Assembly (NCBI GenBank): GCA_011321845.1
Contig: DROQ01000199.1
Location: 2,895 to 66,894 of the forward strand
Source: Planctomycetota bacterium
GTDB lineage: Bacteria; Planctomycetota; UBA1135; GCA-002748355
Reading direction: 5' to 3'
DNA length: 64,000 bases
Part shown: piece after piece, positions 46,293-55,216 of the stretch
Numbering within the stretch: the first letter of the stretch is position 1
Layout: each line of letters starts with the position of its first letter
Notes under the pieces: generated by a model
Database searches by the model: none
The model's input: the letters and a program-made list of their open reading frames with translations, nothing else
What the model was told of the DNA's origin: nothing
Program-made: the position numbers and the translations under genes

Positions 46293-47552
46293 ATGATAAG
46301 CGGTCCGATTCCCCCTCATCCGAGGGTCCTCCTTCAGGATCTATGGCTCGAGCCGGAGCTGAACGGCTCGGCCGGGGTTCCCGGTTTTTCCAAGAGCGAG
46401 CCAGACAAGAGCGGCGAAGTCTCCGACCCAGAACGCCCTCCCTCCTCCTCTCCTGCCTCCCCGAGTCCCGCCCCGGGGACTTCGCCCCAGACTCTTCTGG
46501 ATCCCCAGGTGTTCCAGCTCGAGTCCGGCTGGACGCTTCTCTCCTCCGAGCTTTGCTTTGGGAAGGGGTTGGAAGTCGATTTTATGGGCATGGATGCCAA
46601 CCGGGCTCCTATCGCCATCCTGGCGTTGAACGAACAGGAGCAGGACCACTGTCCCCTGCGGATGCTGGACCTCAAGGCCTGGTTCCAGCGGAACAAGGAA
46701 CTGATCCGCCAGACCTGGATGCGCGTTTGTCCCGAGCTGGTTGCCTTGGATCTGCACCGGGAGTTGCGTTTTTTCCTGATTGCGCATGATTTTTCCCCCA
46801 ACTTCCTGGAGCGTCTTTCCGGTCTCTCTTCGTTTGACCTGCGGGTCTTCAGGCTCCGTTCCCTTGGGGTGCGGGGACGCCATTTCTGGTATGCCGAGGG
46901 CGTTGCGCCCTGGACCTCCTGCGCTGGGGAGTCCTCCCCCTTCCAGGCTCCCTCTGGAGTGGAGACCCAAGCCCTCCGCGAAAACATCGATGCCTTGCTG
47001 AGCCGGATCCGGGTGGTGGGAGAGGGCCTCGTCGGCGGTGGCCTCGCATTTGAGGGGGGCCGCTTCGACAGGAGGGTTCTCGTGGGGAACGAGCTGGTCC
47101 TGGAGCTGGGGGTGGTCCAGGAGGACGCATGGGTGCGGATCCCCGGCTACGCCGATGAGTTTTCTCTCGGGGGGCCTGAGGAGCAGGCCAGGATCTTGGA
47201 CTGCTTCCTCCGCTCCCTCATGGGCCGGAGTGTCCCCTTGGATGGTTCCCCTATGGGGTCCAACACGCAGCGCCCTTCCCTTGGGGGTGTGCGTATGGGG
47301 GCCTTGCCGGAGGTGCCCGCCGGGGGTTCGGATCTCCCCTCCGCCCCTGGAACCCCGCGGTCCGTCTCCCAGTCCCCCCTGCAGTCGCCTCCGCAATCCA
47401 CCCAGCGAACCAACACGAACAAGAACCCTGGTCGAAGCTCTCCTCCGGAGGGGTCCTACCAGGATTCTGGGCGAAGGGATCCTCTTCCGCTGGATCGCGG
47501 CGGAGGTCCTCGTCTCTCGGATGAAGAAATGGCGGCGTTTTTCGGTACCTAG
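46293..47552 (+). CDS. Hypothetical protein (419 aa) with a possible degenerate PD-(D/E)xK-like core and Pro/Ser-rich disordered ends
   Basis: This is a long ORF. The central segment GLEVDFMGMDANRAPIAILALNEQEQD resembles NucS/DUF91-type D...ExK strands, but has Q in place of K. Confidence 0.45.
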   Translation: MISGPIPPHPRVLLQDLWLEPELNGSAGVPGFSKSEPDKSGEVSDPERPPSSSPASPSPAPGTSPQTLLDPQVFQLESGWTLLSSELCFGKGLEVDFMGMDANRAPIAILALNEQEQDHCPLRMLDLKAWFQRNKELIRQTWMRVCPELVALDLHRELRFFLIAHDFSPNFLERLSGLSSFDLRVFRLRSLGVRGRHFWYAEGVAPWTSCAGESSPFQAPSGVETQALRENIDALLSRIRVVGEGLVGGGLAFEGGRFDRRVLVGNELVLELGVVQEDAWVRIPGYADEFSLGGPEEQARILDCFLRSLMGRSVPLDGSPMGSNTQRPSLGGVRMGALPEVPAGGSDLPSAPGTPRSVSQSPLQSPPQSTQRTNTNKNPGRSSPPEGSYQDSGRRDPLPLDRGGGPRLSDEEMAAFFGT

Positions 47553-47964
47553 CCCTCATGGTTCATGATTTTGGAATCTGGTGACAGCTTTTGCATCCAT
47601 GCATCAAGATCAGGATGCATGCTTGGGACCCTTGCGCCATTCGGCCGACAAGGGGGCCCTGGGGCAGGATCCAACCAGAAAGGATCCTCCACCAGTCGGA
47701 AGCCGTCCTTCGGGACAATCACTCGATCCGCGTTCCTGAGGTTTCGGGCGAAAGCATGGAAGGCTGAGGCCTCTCCCCCTCGGTTTTTCTCTCGCTGACC
47801 GGAATTGGGCGCCTGGCTCTTTTTGCATTTCCTGGGTTGTCGGACTCGGACCGATGGACATCGGTTCCGGGGGGTTGTCCCCAAGTCGGCCCAGGTTTTT
47901 GATGGAGCCTACCCGGATCGCCTGGCGACAAAGGAGATCCGGGTTTGATGGGAGCTGAGCCGGG

Positions 47965-48834
47965 ATGGCAAGATTCTTTGACCGCATATTGAGACCTTTT
48001 CAAAGGCAGGCAACACTGCCTTCCAGACTGGTGCCTCCTGTGGTTGGGATCGCGAGCGGGAAGGGGGGGACAGGCAAGAGCATGGTCACCGTGAACCTGG
48101 CGGTTCTCTTGGGTTGCCCGCGCGCGCCGGTCCGGATTTTGGATGCCGACCTTGGGCTGGGGAACGCCCACCTCCCCCTGGGGCTCAAGCCCGAGCGCAA
48201 CCTCCAGTATTTTTTCGAAGGCCATGGACCTCTCGGGGATCTCCTGCAACGTTCTCCCTACGGGGTGGATGTTCTTCCGGGGGGCTCCGGTTTGAGCCGT
48301 TTGGCCCACCTGCGGGCTCCCGACTTTCGCCGTTTCGCCCTGGGCCTCGACCCTGTCCTGGAGGGTGCAGCGGCGGTCCTGGTGGACTCGGCCGCTGGAA
48401 TCTCTCCCCAGACCCTCAGTTTCCTCCTGGCCAGCGACCTGGTCCTGATCGTGACCACTCCCGAGATCACCAGTCTCACGGATGCTTACGCCCTGATCAA
48501 ATGCCTCTCTCTTCGGAGGCCGGGAAAAGGAGTCTACCTGCTGGTCAACCACTGCGACGACGCCCAGCAGGGGCGCCGGGCCTATGAAAAAATCCGAGAT
48601 ATTTCCAGTCGTTTCCTGGGTATCCACGTCTCCTTCATGGGGGCTGTTCCCGGTGATCCCGCGGTCCGGCTCGCCCTCGCAGCGCGGATTCCGATCGTTG
48701 TCCGGACTCCCAGTTCCCCAGCCGCTCGGGGCCTGCGGAACTGTGCGCGAAAACTGCAAGAGGTTTTGGAGGAGATCCCAAGGTGGAGGAGGGTTCCCAG
48801 TTATGGAAGGAGGCTCTTGGACGCCCAGCACTGA
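47965..48834 (+). CDS. MinD/ParA-family P-loop ATPase (FlhG/YlxH-like)
   Basis: It has the deviant Walker A (GIASGKGGTGKSMVTVNLA), ILDADLGLGN and LVDSAAG. Confidence 0.8.
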   Translation: MARFFDRILRPFQRQATLPSRLVPPVVGIASGKGGTGKSMVTVNLAVLLGCPRAPVRILDADLGLGNAHLPLGLKPERNLQYFFEGHGPLGDLLQRSPYGVDVLPGGSGLSRLAHLRAPDFRRFALGLDPVLEGAAAVLVDSAAGISPQTLSFLLASDLVLIVTTPEITSLTDAYALIKCLSLRRPGKGVYLLVNHCDDAQQGRRAYEKIRDISSRFLGIHVSFMGAVPGDPAVRLALAARIPIVVRTPSSPAARGLRNCARKLQEVLEEIPRWRRVPSYGRRLLDAQH

Positions 48835-49240
48835 GACCGGGGGAGGGGGGAAGGGGCCAGGACCTAAGAATCGTTTTTTCCTTCAGCTGCGGAGCCTTGG
48901 GGTCCTTGCCCTTTTCTTTCTTCTTCTGCGATTCGGGATGGGCTGGTCCCAGTGGGAAAGGGGGGTGGTGGGGGATCCCCGGGACCGATGGGAAGCGCAT
49001 CGGCTGTCCCCCTTCGATACGGCTGCCCTCAGGATCCTTCCTGGAATCGGGCCTGGTAGGGCTCTTGTGCTCCGGGATTGGGCCAGAGGGGTATGGGTGG
49101 CTCGGGGAGAAAAGAGGAGTTCCTTTGCTTCGCGTCCCAAGGGGATTGGGGAGAGGCAGTGGAGGGCTTTGAAGCGCTATCTGGATCTCTCGGACCTGAG
49201 CGAAGAGCGAAAGGGACCTCGCAAAAGTTCTCGGGATTGA
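48803..49240 (+). CDS. ComEA-like helix-hairpin-helix DNA-binding protein with an N-terminal TM anchor
   Basis: It has a TM segment (LGVLALFFLLLRF) followed by two HhH motifs (LRILPGIGPGRALVLRDW and PKGIGERQWRALKRYL). The start is uncertain. The ATG at 48803 overlaps the previous gene by 32 nt. Confidence 0.5.
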   Translation: MEGGSWTPSTETGGGGKGPGPKNRFFLQLRSLGVLALFFLLLRFGMGWSQWERGVVGDPRDRWEAHRLSPFDTAALRILPGIGPGRALVLRDWARGVWVARGEKRSSFASRPKGIGERQWRALKRYLDLSDLSEERKGPRKSSRD

Positions 49241-49264
49241 AGGGAAGAGGGCTAAGATCCTTCC

Positions 49265-50149
49265 ATGAAAATTCCTCAGGAGATCGTACAGGAGGCGGTC
49301 CGGATCGCCTTGGAGGAGGATCTGGACCAGGGCAAGGACCTGAGTACGGAGGCGGTCGTGCCGGCGGAACTCGAAGGAAGCGGGAGGATCCTCGCACGTG
49401 AGGAGGGCATCCTCGCAGGGATCGATCTCCTCCGTGCCACCTTCCGTTCCCTGGATCCCGAGGTTCGCTTCGAAGACCAGATCCCCGAGGGAGCCAGGTT
49501 CGAAGCGGGAGAGATCCTGATTCGAATTCATGGCAAGGCGCGGGCCTTACTCACAGGGGAGCGGACAGCGCTCAACTTTTTGCAGCGACTCTCGGCCATC
49601 GCGACACGCACCCAGGCTTTTGTGGATGCCATTCGAGGAACCGGAGCCGCCATCCTGGAGACACGCAAAACCACTCCTGGCTTGCGCTACCTGGAAAAAT
49701 ACGCCGTCCGGGTTGGAGGAGGGGAGAATCACCGCTTCGGCCTCTTCGACCGAGTCCTGCTCAAGGAGAACCACTTCGCCCTCTCAGGAAACGGGCTGGA
49801 TCCCGAGGGCATCCAAAAAACCGTGGCCCTCGCCCTCGACCGTAACATGGACAGCGGGCCTTTGACCGCCGAAGCCCGGAGCCTTTCCGATGCCCTCGCC
49901 ATTCTCCGCGGAGGGGCGGACATCATCCTCCTGGACAACTTCACGATCGAAGAATTGAGCGCTGCGGTCCTCGAACTGCGCAAGGAAGCTCGGAGCCTGG
50001 GCCGGGATGTTCTCATGGAGGCCAGCGGCGGGGTCCAGTTGGACAATGTCGCTCAGATCGCTGGCACAGGAGTGGACCGCATCTCGGTGGGAGCCCTCAC
50101 TCATTCTGTCCGGGCTCTGGATCTGAGCCTCCTGGTCGAAGGGGTTTGA
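49265..50149 (+). CDS. nadC: Nicotinate-nucleotide pyrophosphorylase (carboxylating)
   Basis: LLTGERTALNFLQRLSAIAT, ILETRKTTPGLRYLEKYAVRVGGGENHRFGL and IILLDNF are NadC signatures. Confidence 0.9.
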   Translation: MKIPQEIVQEAVRIALEEDLDQGKDLSTEAVVPAELEGSGRILAREEGILAGIDLLRATFRSLDPEVRFEDQIPEGARFEAGEILIRIHGKARALLTGERTALNFLQRLSAIATRTQAFVDAIRGTGAAILETRKTTPGLRYLEKYAVRVGGGENHRFGLFDRVLLKENHFALSGNGLDPEGIQKTVALALDRNMDSGPLTAEARSLSDALAILRGGADIILLDNFTIEELSAAVLELRKEARSLGRDVLMEASGGVQLDNVAQIAGTGVDRISVGALTHSVRALDLSLLVEGV

Positions 50150-50613
50150 AACCAAGGTCCCAAAAGCTGGAAGGGGACGGGAAGGCTTCTCCCAAGGCCT
50201 CTCGCTTTTTCTGGTTGCTCGCCCTCGCCTGGGGATTGCTGATCCATTCTCTTGTAGGGGGTCCCTCACCGGGGGGGGGCGAAGACCCCTTCTGGACCTT
50301 TTGGATCAATGGCGGACATGCAGCCCTCTTCGCAGTGCAAGCCTTCCTCTTGGGGCTCGCCCTGGGGAGAAGGGCTTGGGGGCTCGCAGCGCTTTTGGCC
50401 TTCGCCTTTGGTGGGGTGGAGGAGTGGATCCAGATGTATCTTCCCGACCGGAGTGCCAGCCTGTTCGATTGGGCCACCGATGGCTTTGGGGCTTTGTTCG
50501 GGGTCGAACTCTTCCGGACCGAGTCGCTCTTGCGCCGGAGGAGCCTCCTCCGGATGCTCCTTTGGGTGGTCCTAGCCTCTCTGAGCGCCCTGGGGGACAC
50601 CCTCTGGGGATAG
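50146..50613 (+). CDS. VanZ-like family membrane protein
   Basis: It has four hydrophobic spans and the VanZ-like motif GGVEEWIQMYLPDRSASLFDWATDGFGALFG. The TTG start overlaps the nadC stop, and the exact start is uncertain. Confidence 0.5.
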   Translation: MKPRSQKLEGDGKASPKASRFFWLLALAWGLLIHSLVGGPSPGGGEDPFWTFWINGGHAALFAVQAFLLGLALGRRAWGLAALLAFAFGGVEEWIQMYLPDRSASLFDWATDGFGALFGVELFRTESLLRRRSLLRMLLWVVLASLSALGDTLWG

Positions 50614-50712
50614 ACTGTCTCTGCAGGGGGACGATTCGCCCCCTGTTTTTCTCCCTCAGGCCCGGCATGGATGCTGCATCTCCTTCTTTCGTCTTCAACA
50701 AAGGAGAAAGAG

Positions 50713-51039
50713 ATGAAGGTGTTCTTGCCGGTTGTCCTGTTTGCCGCCCTCTTGAACCCGAGAGAGGCCAGGTCCCAAGTCGTCGTCCGGGGTGGAGTCC
50801 AGATCTCCTTCCCCCAGGTGGGGATTCGTTTCCGCCTGGGTGGGCACGGAAGGCATCGGCCACGGCCGAGCCGTTGCAGAGGGCATTGCCAGGGGCATGT
50901 TCGCCTCCGCCAGGTTCGCGAATGGGTGCCGGCCCGTTACAGCTACAGGCGCGATTCCTGCGGGAGGTGGGTCAGGGTCCTCCTCGAGCCTGGACATTAC
51001 CGTCTGGTCTACCGCCGTGTCCGCGTCTTCTGCCGATGA
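50713..51039 (+). CDS. Small (108 aa) secreted Arg/His/Cys-rich hypothetical protein
   Basis: The ATG lies after GGAGAAAGAG. It has a signal peptide (MKVFLPVVLFAALLNPREARSQ). The mature part is very basic and contains 4 Cys. Confidence 0.4.
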   Translation: MKVFLPVVLFAALLNPREARSQVVVRGGVQISFPQVGIRFRLGGHGRHRPRPSRCRGHCQGHVRLRQVREWVPARYSYRRDSCGRWVRVLLEPGHYRLVYRRVRVFCR

Positions 51040-51078
51040 CGCGGGAATCCGGTTCCCGGCGAGGGTAGAATCCTCTTC

Positions 51079-52521
51079 ATGAGCGAAGGACAGAACCCCG
51101 CCGAGGAATACCAGAATCCTCTCGTGACCCGCTACGCCGGTAAGCGTATGCGGGCCCTTTTTTCCCCCCTGCAGCGTGCCCGCACCTGGCGGGATCTCTG
51201 GATCGCCCTCGCCGAAGCGGAGCGGGACTGCGGCCTGGACATCAGCGAGGAGCAGCTTCAGGAACTACGGAACCACCGCGACGACATCGACCTGGAGAGG
51301 ATCGCAGAGTTGGAGCGGGAGCTTCGCCATGACGTGATGGCCCATGTCCACCAGTTCGGAGAGGTCGCTCCCTTGGCCAAGGGCATCCTTCACCTCGGCG
51401 CTACTTCGTGCTTCATTACCGACAACGCCGACCTCTGGATCTACCGCGAGGGTCTCGCCCTCCTGGAGCAGGACCTCGTGACCGCATTGCATCTCCTGAG
51501 GGACAAGGCCAGGGAGTACCGGGATCTGCCCTGTCTGGGGGCGACCCACTACCAACCCGCCCAGCCCGTGACCCTGGGCAAACGCATCTGCCTCTGGGCC
51601 CAGGACCTCGCCCTGGACCTCCAAGACCTGCGCTCCCTTAGGCAGGGCCTGCCCTTCCGCGGCGCCAAAGGGACGACCGGGACCCAGGCGTCTTTTCTCG
51701 CTCTCTTTGGGGGAGACCATGCCAAGGTCCGGGAGTTGGACCGCCTGGTCGCCACCAAGATGGGTTTCGATCGCATCCTCCCCGTGACCGGGCAAACCTA
51801 CCCCCGCAAGCTGGACCACCGTTTGCTCTCCGTTCTCTCGGGGATCGCGCAATCCACCTCCAAATTCGGGGTGGACTTCCGCCTTCTGAGCCACGAGGGG
51901 GAGGTTTCGGAGCCTTTCACCGAGAAACAAATCGGTTCCTCGGCCATGGCCTACAAGCGCAACCCCATGCGCTCGGAGCGGATCTGCTCCCTGGCACGCC
52001 TCGTCCTCTCCTTGGCCGAGACCGCTGGGGCGACTGCTTCGGTGCAGTGGCTGGAGCGCAGCCTCGACGACTCCGCCATCCGTAGGATCTCGATCCCCGA
52101 AGCCTTTCTCGGTGCCCAGGCCTGTCTCTCTCTCGAGCAGAACATCGTCCAGGGGATGCGCGTCTACCCCAAGATGTGCCAACGCCACCTCGACGAACAA
52201 CTTCCCTTCCTCGCGACCGAAAGCATCCTGATGGAGGGAGTCAAGGCCGGCGGGGACCGGCAGGAGCTTCATGAAAGCATCCGGAAGCACGCCGTCGAGG
52301 CGGCGCGACGCATGAAGGAAGAAGGCATTCCCAACCCATTGGTGGAGGCTCTGGAAGCGGATCCGGTCTTTTCCTTCGCAAAGGGGCGGATCCAGGAACT
52401 TCTGGATGCCAGACTCCTTGTGGGGCGGGCACCCCAGCAGGTGGATGAATTCCTGGAAGAGTTTCTGGAACCGCTGCTCGAGGGGACCGAGCCCAGCTAT
52501 GAGGACCAAGTCCGGGTGTAG
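51079..52521 (+). CDS. purB: Adenylosuccinate lyase
   Basis: NPLVTRYAGKRM, HLGATSCFITDNADL, and the SSAMAYKRNPMRSE signature loop match PurB. Confidence 0.9.
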   Translation: MSEGQNPAEEYQNPLVTRYAGKRMRALFSPLQRARTWRDLWIALAEAERDCGLDISEEQLQELRNHRDDIDLERIAELERELRHDVMAHVHQFGEVAPLAKGILHLGATSCFITDNADLWIYREGLALLEQDLVTALHLLRDKAREYRDLPCLGATHYQPAQPVTLGKRICLWAQDLALDLQDLRSLRQGLPFRGAKGTTGTQASFLALFGGDHAKVRELDRLVATKMGFDRILPVTGQTYPRKLDHRLLSVLSGIAQSTSKFGVDFRLLSHEGEVSEPFTEKQIGSSAMAYKRNPMRSERICSLARLVLSLAETAGATASVQWLERSLDDSAIRRISIPEAFLGAQACLSLEQNIVQGMRVYPKMCQRHLDEQLPFLATESILMEGVKAGGDRQELHESIRKHAVEAARRMKEEGIPNPLVEALEADPVFSFAKGRIQELLDARLLVGRAPQQVDEFLEEFLEPLLEGTEPSYEDQVRV

Positions 52522-52540
52522 CGGAGTGCTCTTTCTCGGC

Positions 52541-52611
52541 TCGGAATCCTCCCAGGGCTTTGGCCTCAAGCGCCTTCGGCGAAGTCGGCCAAAGCCCTGG
52601 GAGGATTCCGA
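52541..52611. repeat. Perfect 25-bp inverted repeat (TCGGAATCCTCCCAGGGCTTTGGCC / GGCCAAAGCCCTGGGAGGATTCCGA) with a 21-nt loop
   Basis: Read directly from the sequence, with arms at 52541-52565 and 52587-52611. The loop contains its own small hairpin (CGCC-TTC-GGCG). It begins 20 nt after the purB stop, and no T-tract follows. Confidence 0.9.
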
Positions 52612-52888
52612 ATGGAGTGGGGTAACCCCCTTTCTTGGGTGGGGCTAACCCAAGCACCTCGACCAAAAAACTTGATCCCCTCGGGGTCTCTTCATGGGAG
52701 CGAAGGTCAAAGAACGGGACCCCTTCCTCCCGGCCTTCGGAGTTGGGGGAAATTCAGGGAATAAGGAAAAAGTCCCTTGGTTGGAAATTGGCAATTCTTG
52801 CCGAATTCTCCGGCTTTTTGGGGCATGCCTACCGTATATTCACTCCTGGGTGGGAAACTTTCCGTTCTTTTCCTCATGGAGATCTCCA

Positions 52889-55213
52889 ATGGCACGCATA
52901 CGCCCTCGCTCCCTCTTCGCCTCTGTTTTCTTCCTGACGGGCATTGGGCTCCTCGCCGCGAGTCCCTTCCAAGGCCCTAGGGCCCGGTACAAAGTGCTCG
53001 CCTGGAACGACCTGGGGATGCATTGCATGGACTCGGACTATTCCGTCTTTTCCATCCTGCCTCCCTTCAACACCGTTCGGGCGCAGGTCCTCGACCCCAA
53101 TGGAAAGCTCATCAAGACCCCCGGGACCCTCAAGGTGACTTACGAGGCGGTCAAAGACCCAAGGGGTTCCATCAACCCAAGCTCCCAAGGGAAGACGAAC
53201 TTCTGGCAGTTCTCCAAAAGCCTCTACGGCGGACCCAGCACTCCCGACAAGGGTCTCAAGGGTTTCGACATGCCGGGACCTTCCAACACTCCGCAGGCCA
53301 TGACGCACATTCCCGCGGAGAAACTCTTTCACGCTGAGGGGATCCCCCTGACGCCTTATGACCAGGGTAGGCACAAACGCAACTATCCCATGTTCCGAAT
53401 CAGCGTCCGGGACGCGAATGGGGGGGTCCTGGGTTCCACCGATACGGTCCTTCCCATTTCGGATGAGATGGATTGCTCCCTCTGTCACGGGTCAGGCAGT
53501 CTCCCTGCCGCGCAGCCCAAGGCCGGCTGGGTGCACGATTCCAATTTCGACCGGGACTATCGTTTGAATATTCTGCGTCTCCACGACGAAAAGCAGGCGG
53601 GTAAAACCAAGTTCAAGACGGCTCTGAAGAACGCGGGCTACAGCGCAAAAGGCCTTTACGACACTGTGGTGACGAACCACAAACCCATCCTCTGCGCTTC
53701 CTGCCATCTCTCGAACGCGCTGCCAGGAACCGGCATGCCCGGGATCCCCGCTCTGACGACTGCGCTGCATGGAAAGCACGCCAAGGTTATCGATCCTTTG
53801 ACCGGGAAATCCATGGACTCCAGCACCAACCGGTCCTCTTGTTATCGTTGCCATCCTGGCTCGGAGACTCGCTGCCTCCGCGGAGCCATGGGGGGCGCGG
53901 TCGCGAGCAACGGCCAGCTCGCTATGCAGTGCCAGGATTGCCATGGAAACATGAGCAAGGTGGCCGACCCCAATCGCCAGGGTTGGCTGCAGGAGCCCAG
54001 CTGCCAGAATTGCCACACGGGAACTGCAACCGTGAACAATGGACAGATCCGTTACACCAACGCCTTCGACGCGAACGGAAACCTTCGTGTGCCCGCTGAC
54101 CGGACTTTTGCGACCAACAACGACGTTCCCATGAAGGGTCTCAACCTCTACCGATTCTCCAAGGGACACAAGGGCCTGCAATGCGAAGCCTGCCACGGTT
54201 CGACCCACTCCGTCTATCCTTCGACCCATGGGAACGACAACATCCAAAACAAGAATTTCCAGGGGCATGAGGGAACGATCTCCGACTGCCTGGCCTGCCA
54301 CACTAGCACTCCCAAGACCGCGACAGGCGGACCCCATGGGATGCACCCCGTCGGGAGTTGGTGGGTGAAGAAGCATGGTGATTACGCTGAGCATGGGCGC
54401 TATACCGCTTGCGCCAAATGTCATGGGACCAATTACCGAGGGACGGTGCTGTCCCGGGCGCAGGGGAATCGGACCTTCTCCACCAAGTTTGGAGTCAAAA
54501 CCTTCTTCCGCGGTTCATTGATCGGCTGCTATGCATGCCACAACGGACCCAAGGAGGACAAACGAAACCCCAACCGGCCACCAGTCGCCAAAAGCGGGCA
54601 GGCTAAAACCGGGATGCAACCAGTGACCGTGACTCTCGTCGCCAGCGATCCGGATTCCAATCCCTTGACCTATCGGATCGTGAAACAGGCTCAGTTCGGC
54701 CGGGTCGCCATCCAGGGGAACAAGGCGACCTACTATCCCGACCCTGGCTTCGCGGGGATGGACAGCTTCAGCTGGGCTGCCCGGGATGGCCAGATCGACT
54801 CCAATCTTGCCACCATCCAGGTTACTCGGACCGCTTTTGCCGGCAGCTTTGGACGCTCCTATCCCCGGGATCGAAAGAGTCCCAAGCTCCTTGCCCTCAA
54901 CAAGCCGACCATCGGCCGGACCTTTCAGGTGCAGCTTTCCAATCCCGTGGGAAAAGCCACCTTCCATATCCTCGTTGGCTCTTCCGAGCACACCAGTTTG
55001 AACACACCCTTTGGGGGCCAGCTTCTGGTGGAGCCGACCTATCTCCAGGTCCTCCCCGTTGGGGCGAACGGGAGCACCCTTTCATGGGCCATTCCCAACC
55101 AGGCCTCTTTGATCGGGACCAAGCTCTCTTTCCAGTCCTTGGTGGCGGATTCGGGGACCCGGTTCGGCTTCGGATTCACCCAGGGCCTGGACGTGGCTCT
55201 CGGGGGGCTCTGA
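52889..55213 (+). CDS. Secreted nine-heme c-type cytochrome with a heme-free N-terminal domain, a cadherin/Ig-like domain and a C-terminal shared module
   Basis: It has a signal peptide (MARIRPRSLFASVFFLTGIGLLAA). Nine CxxCH motifs occur between nt 53474 and 54541: CSLCH, CASCH, CYRCH, CQDCH, CQNCH, CEACH, CLACH, CAKCH and CYACH. The cadherin-like segment is VTVTLVASDPDSNPLTYRIV...GMDSFSWAARDG. Confidence 0.8.
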   Translation: MARIRPRSLFASVFFLTGIGLLAASPFQGPRARYKVLAWNDLGMHCMDSDYSVFSILPPFNTVRAQVLDPNGKLIKTPGTLKVTYEAVKDPRGSINPSSQGKTNFWQFSKSLYGGPSTPDKGLKGFDMPGPSNTPQAMTHIPAEKLFHAEGIPLTPYDQGRHKRNYPMFRISVRDANGGVLGSTDTVLPISDEMDCSLCHGSGSLPAAQPKAGWVHDSNFDRDYRLNILRLHDEKQAGKTKFKTALKNAGYSAKGLYDTVVTNHKPILCASCHLSNALPGTGMPGIPALTTALHGKHAKVIDPLTGKSMDSSTNRSSCYRCHPGSETRCLRGAMGGAVASNGQLAMQCQDCHGNMSKVADPNRQGWLQEPSCQNCHTGTATVNNGQIRYTNAFDANGNLRVPADRTFATNNDVPMKGLNLYRFSKGHKGLQCEACHGSTHSVYPSTHGNDNIQNKNFQGHEGTISDCLACHTSTPKTATGGPHGMHPVGSWWVKKHGDYAEHGRYTACAKCHGTNYRGTVLSRAQGNRTFSTKFGVKTFFRGSLIGCYACHNGPKEDKRNPNRPPVAKSGQAKTGMQPVTVTLVASDPDSNPLTYRIVKQAQFGRVAIQGNKATYYPDPGFAGMDSFSWAARDGQIDSNLATIQVTRTAFAGSFGRSYPRDRKSPKLLALNKPTIGRTFQVQLSNPVGKATFHILVGSSEHTSLNTPFGGQLLVEPTYLQVLPVGANGSTLSWAIPNQASLIGTKLSFQSLVADSGTRFGFGFTQGLDVALGGL

Positions 55214-55216
55214 GTC

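Noticed and set aside
52789-52802. Sigma54-like TGGCA-N-TGC element upstream of the cytochrome gene
   Set aside because: GG and GC are separated by 8 nt instead of the required 10. The sequence is better described as a small palindrome (GGCAA-TTC-TTGCC).
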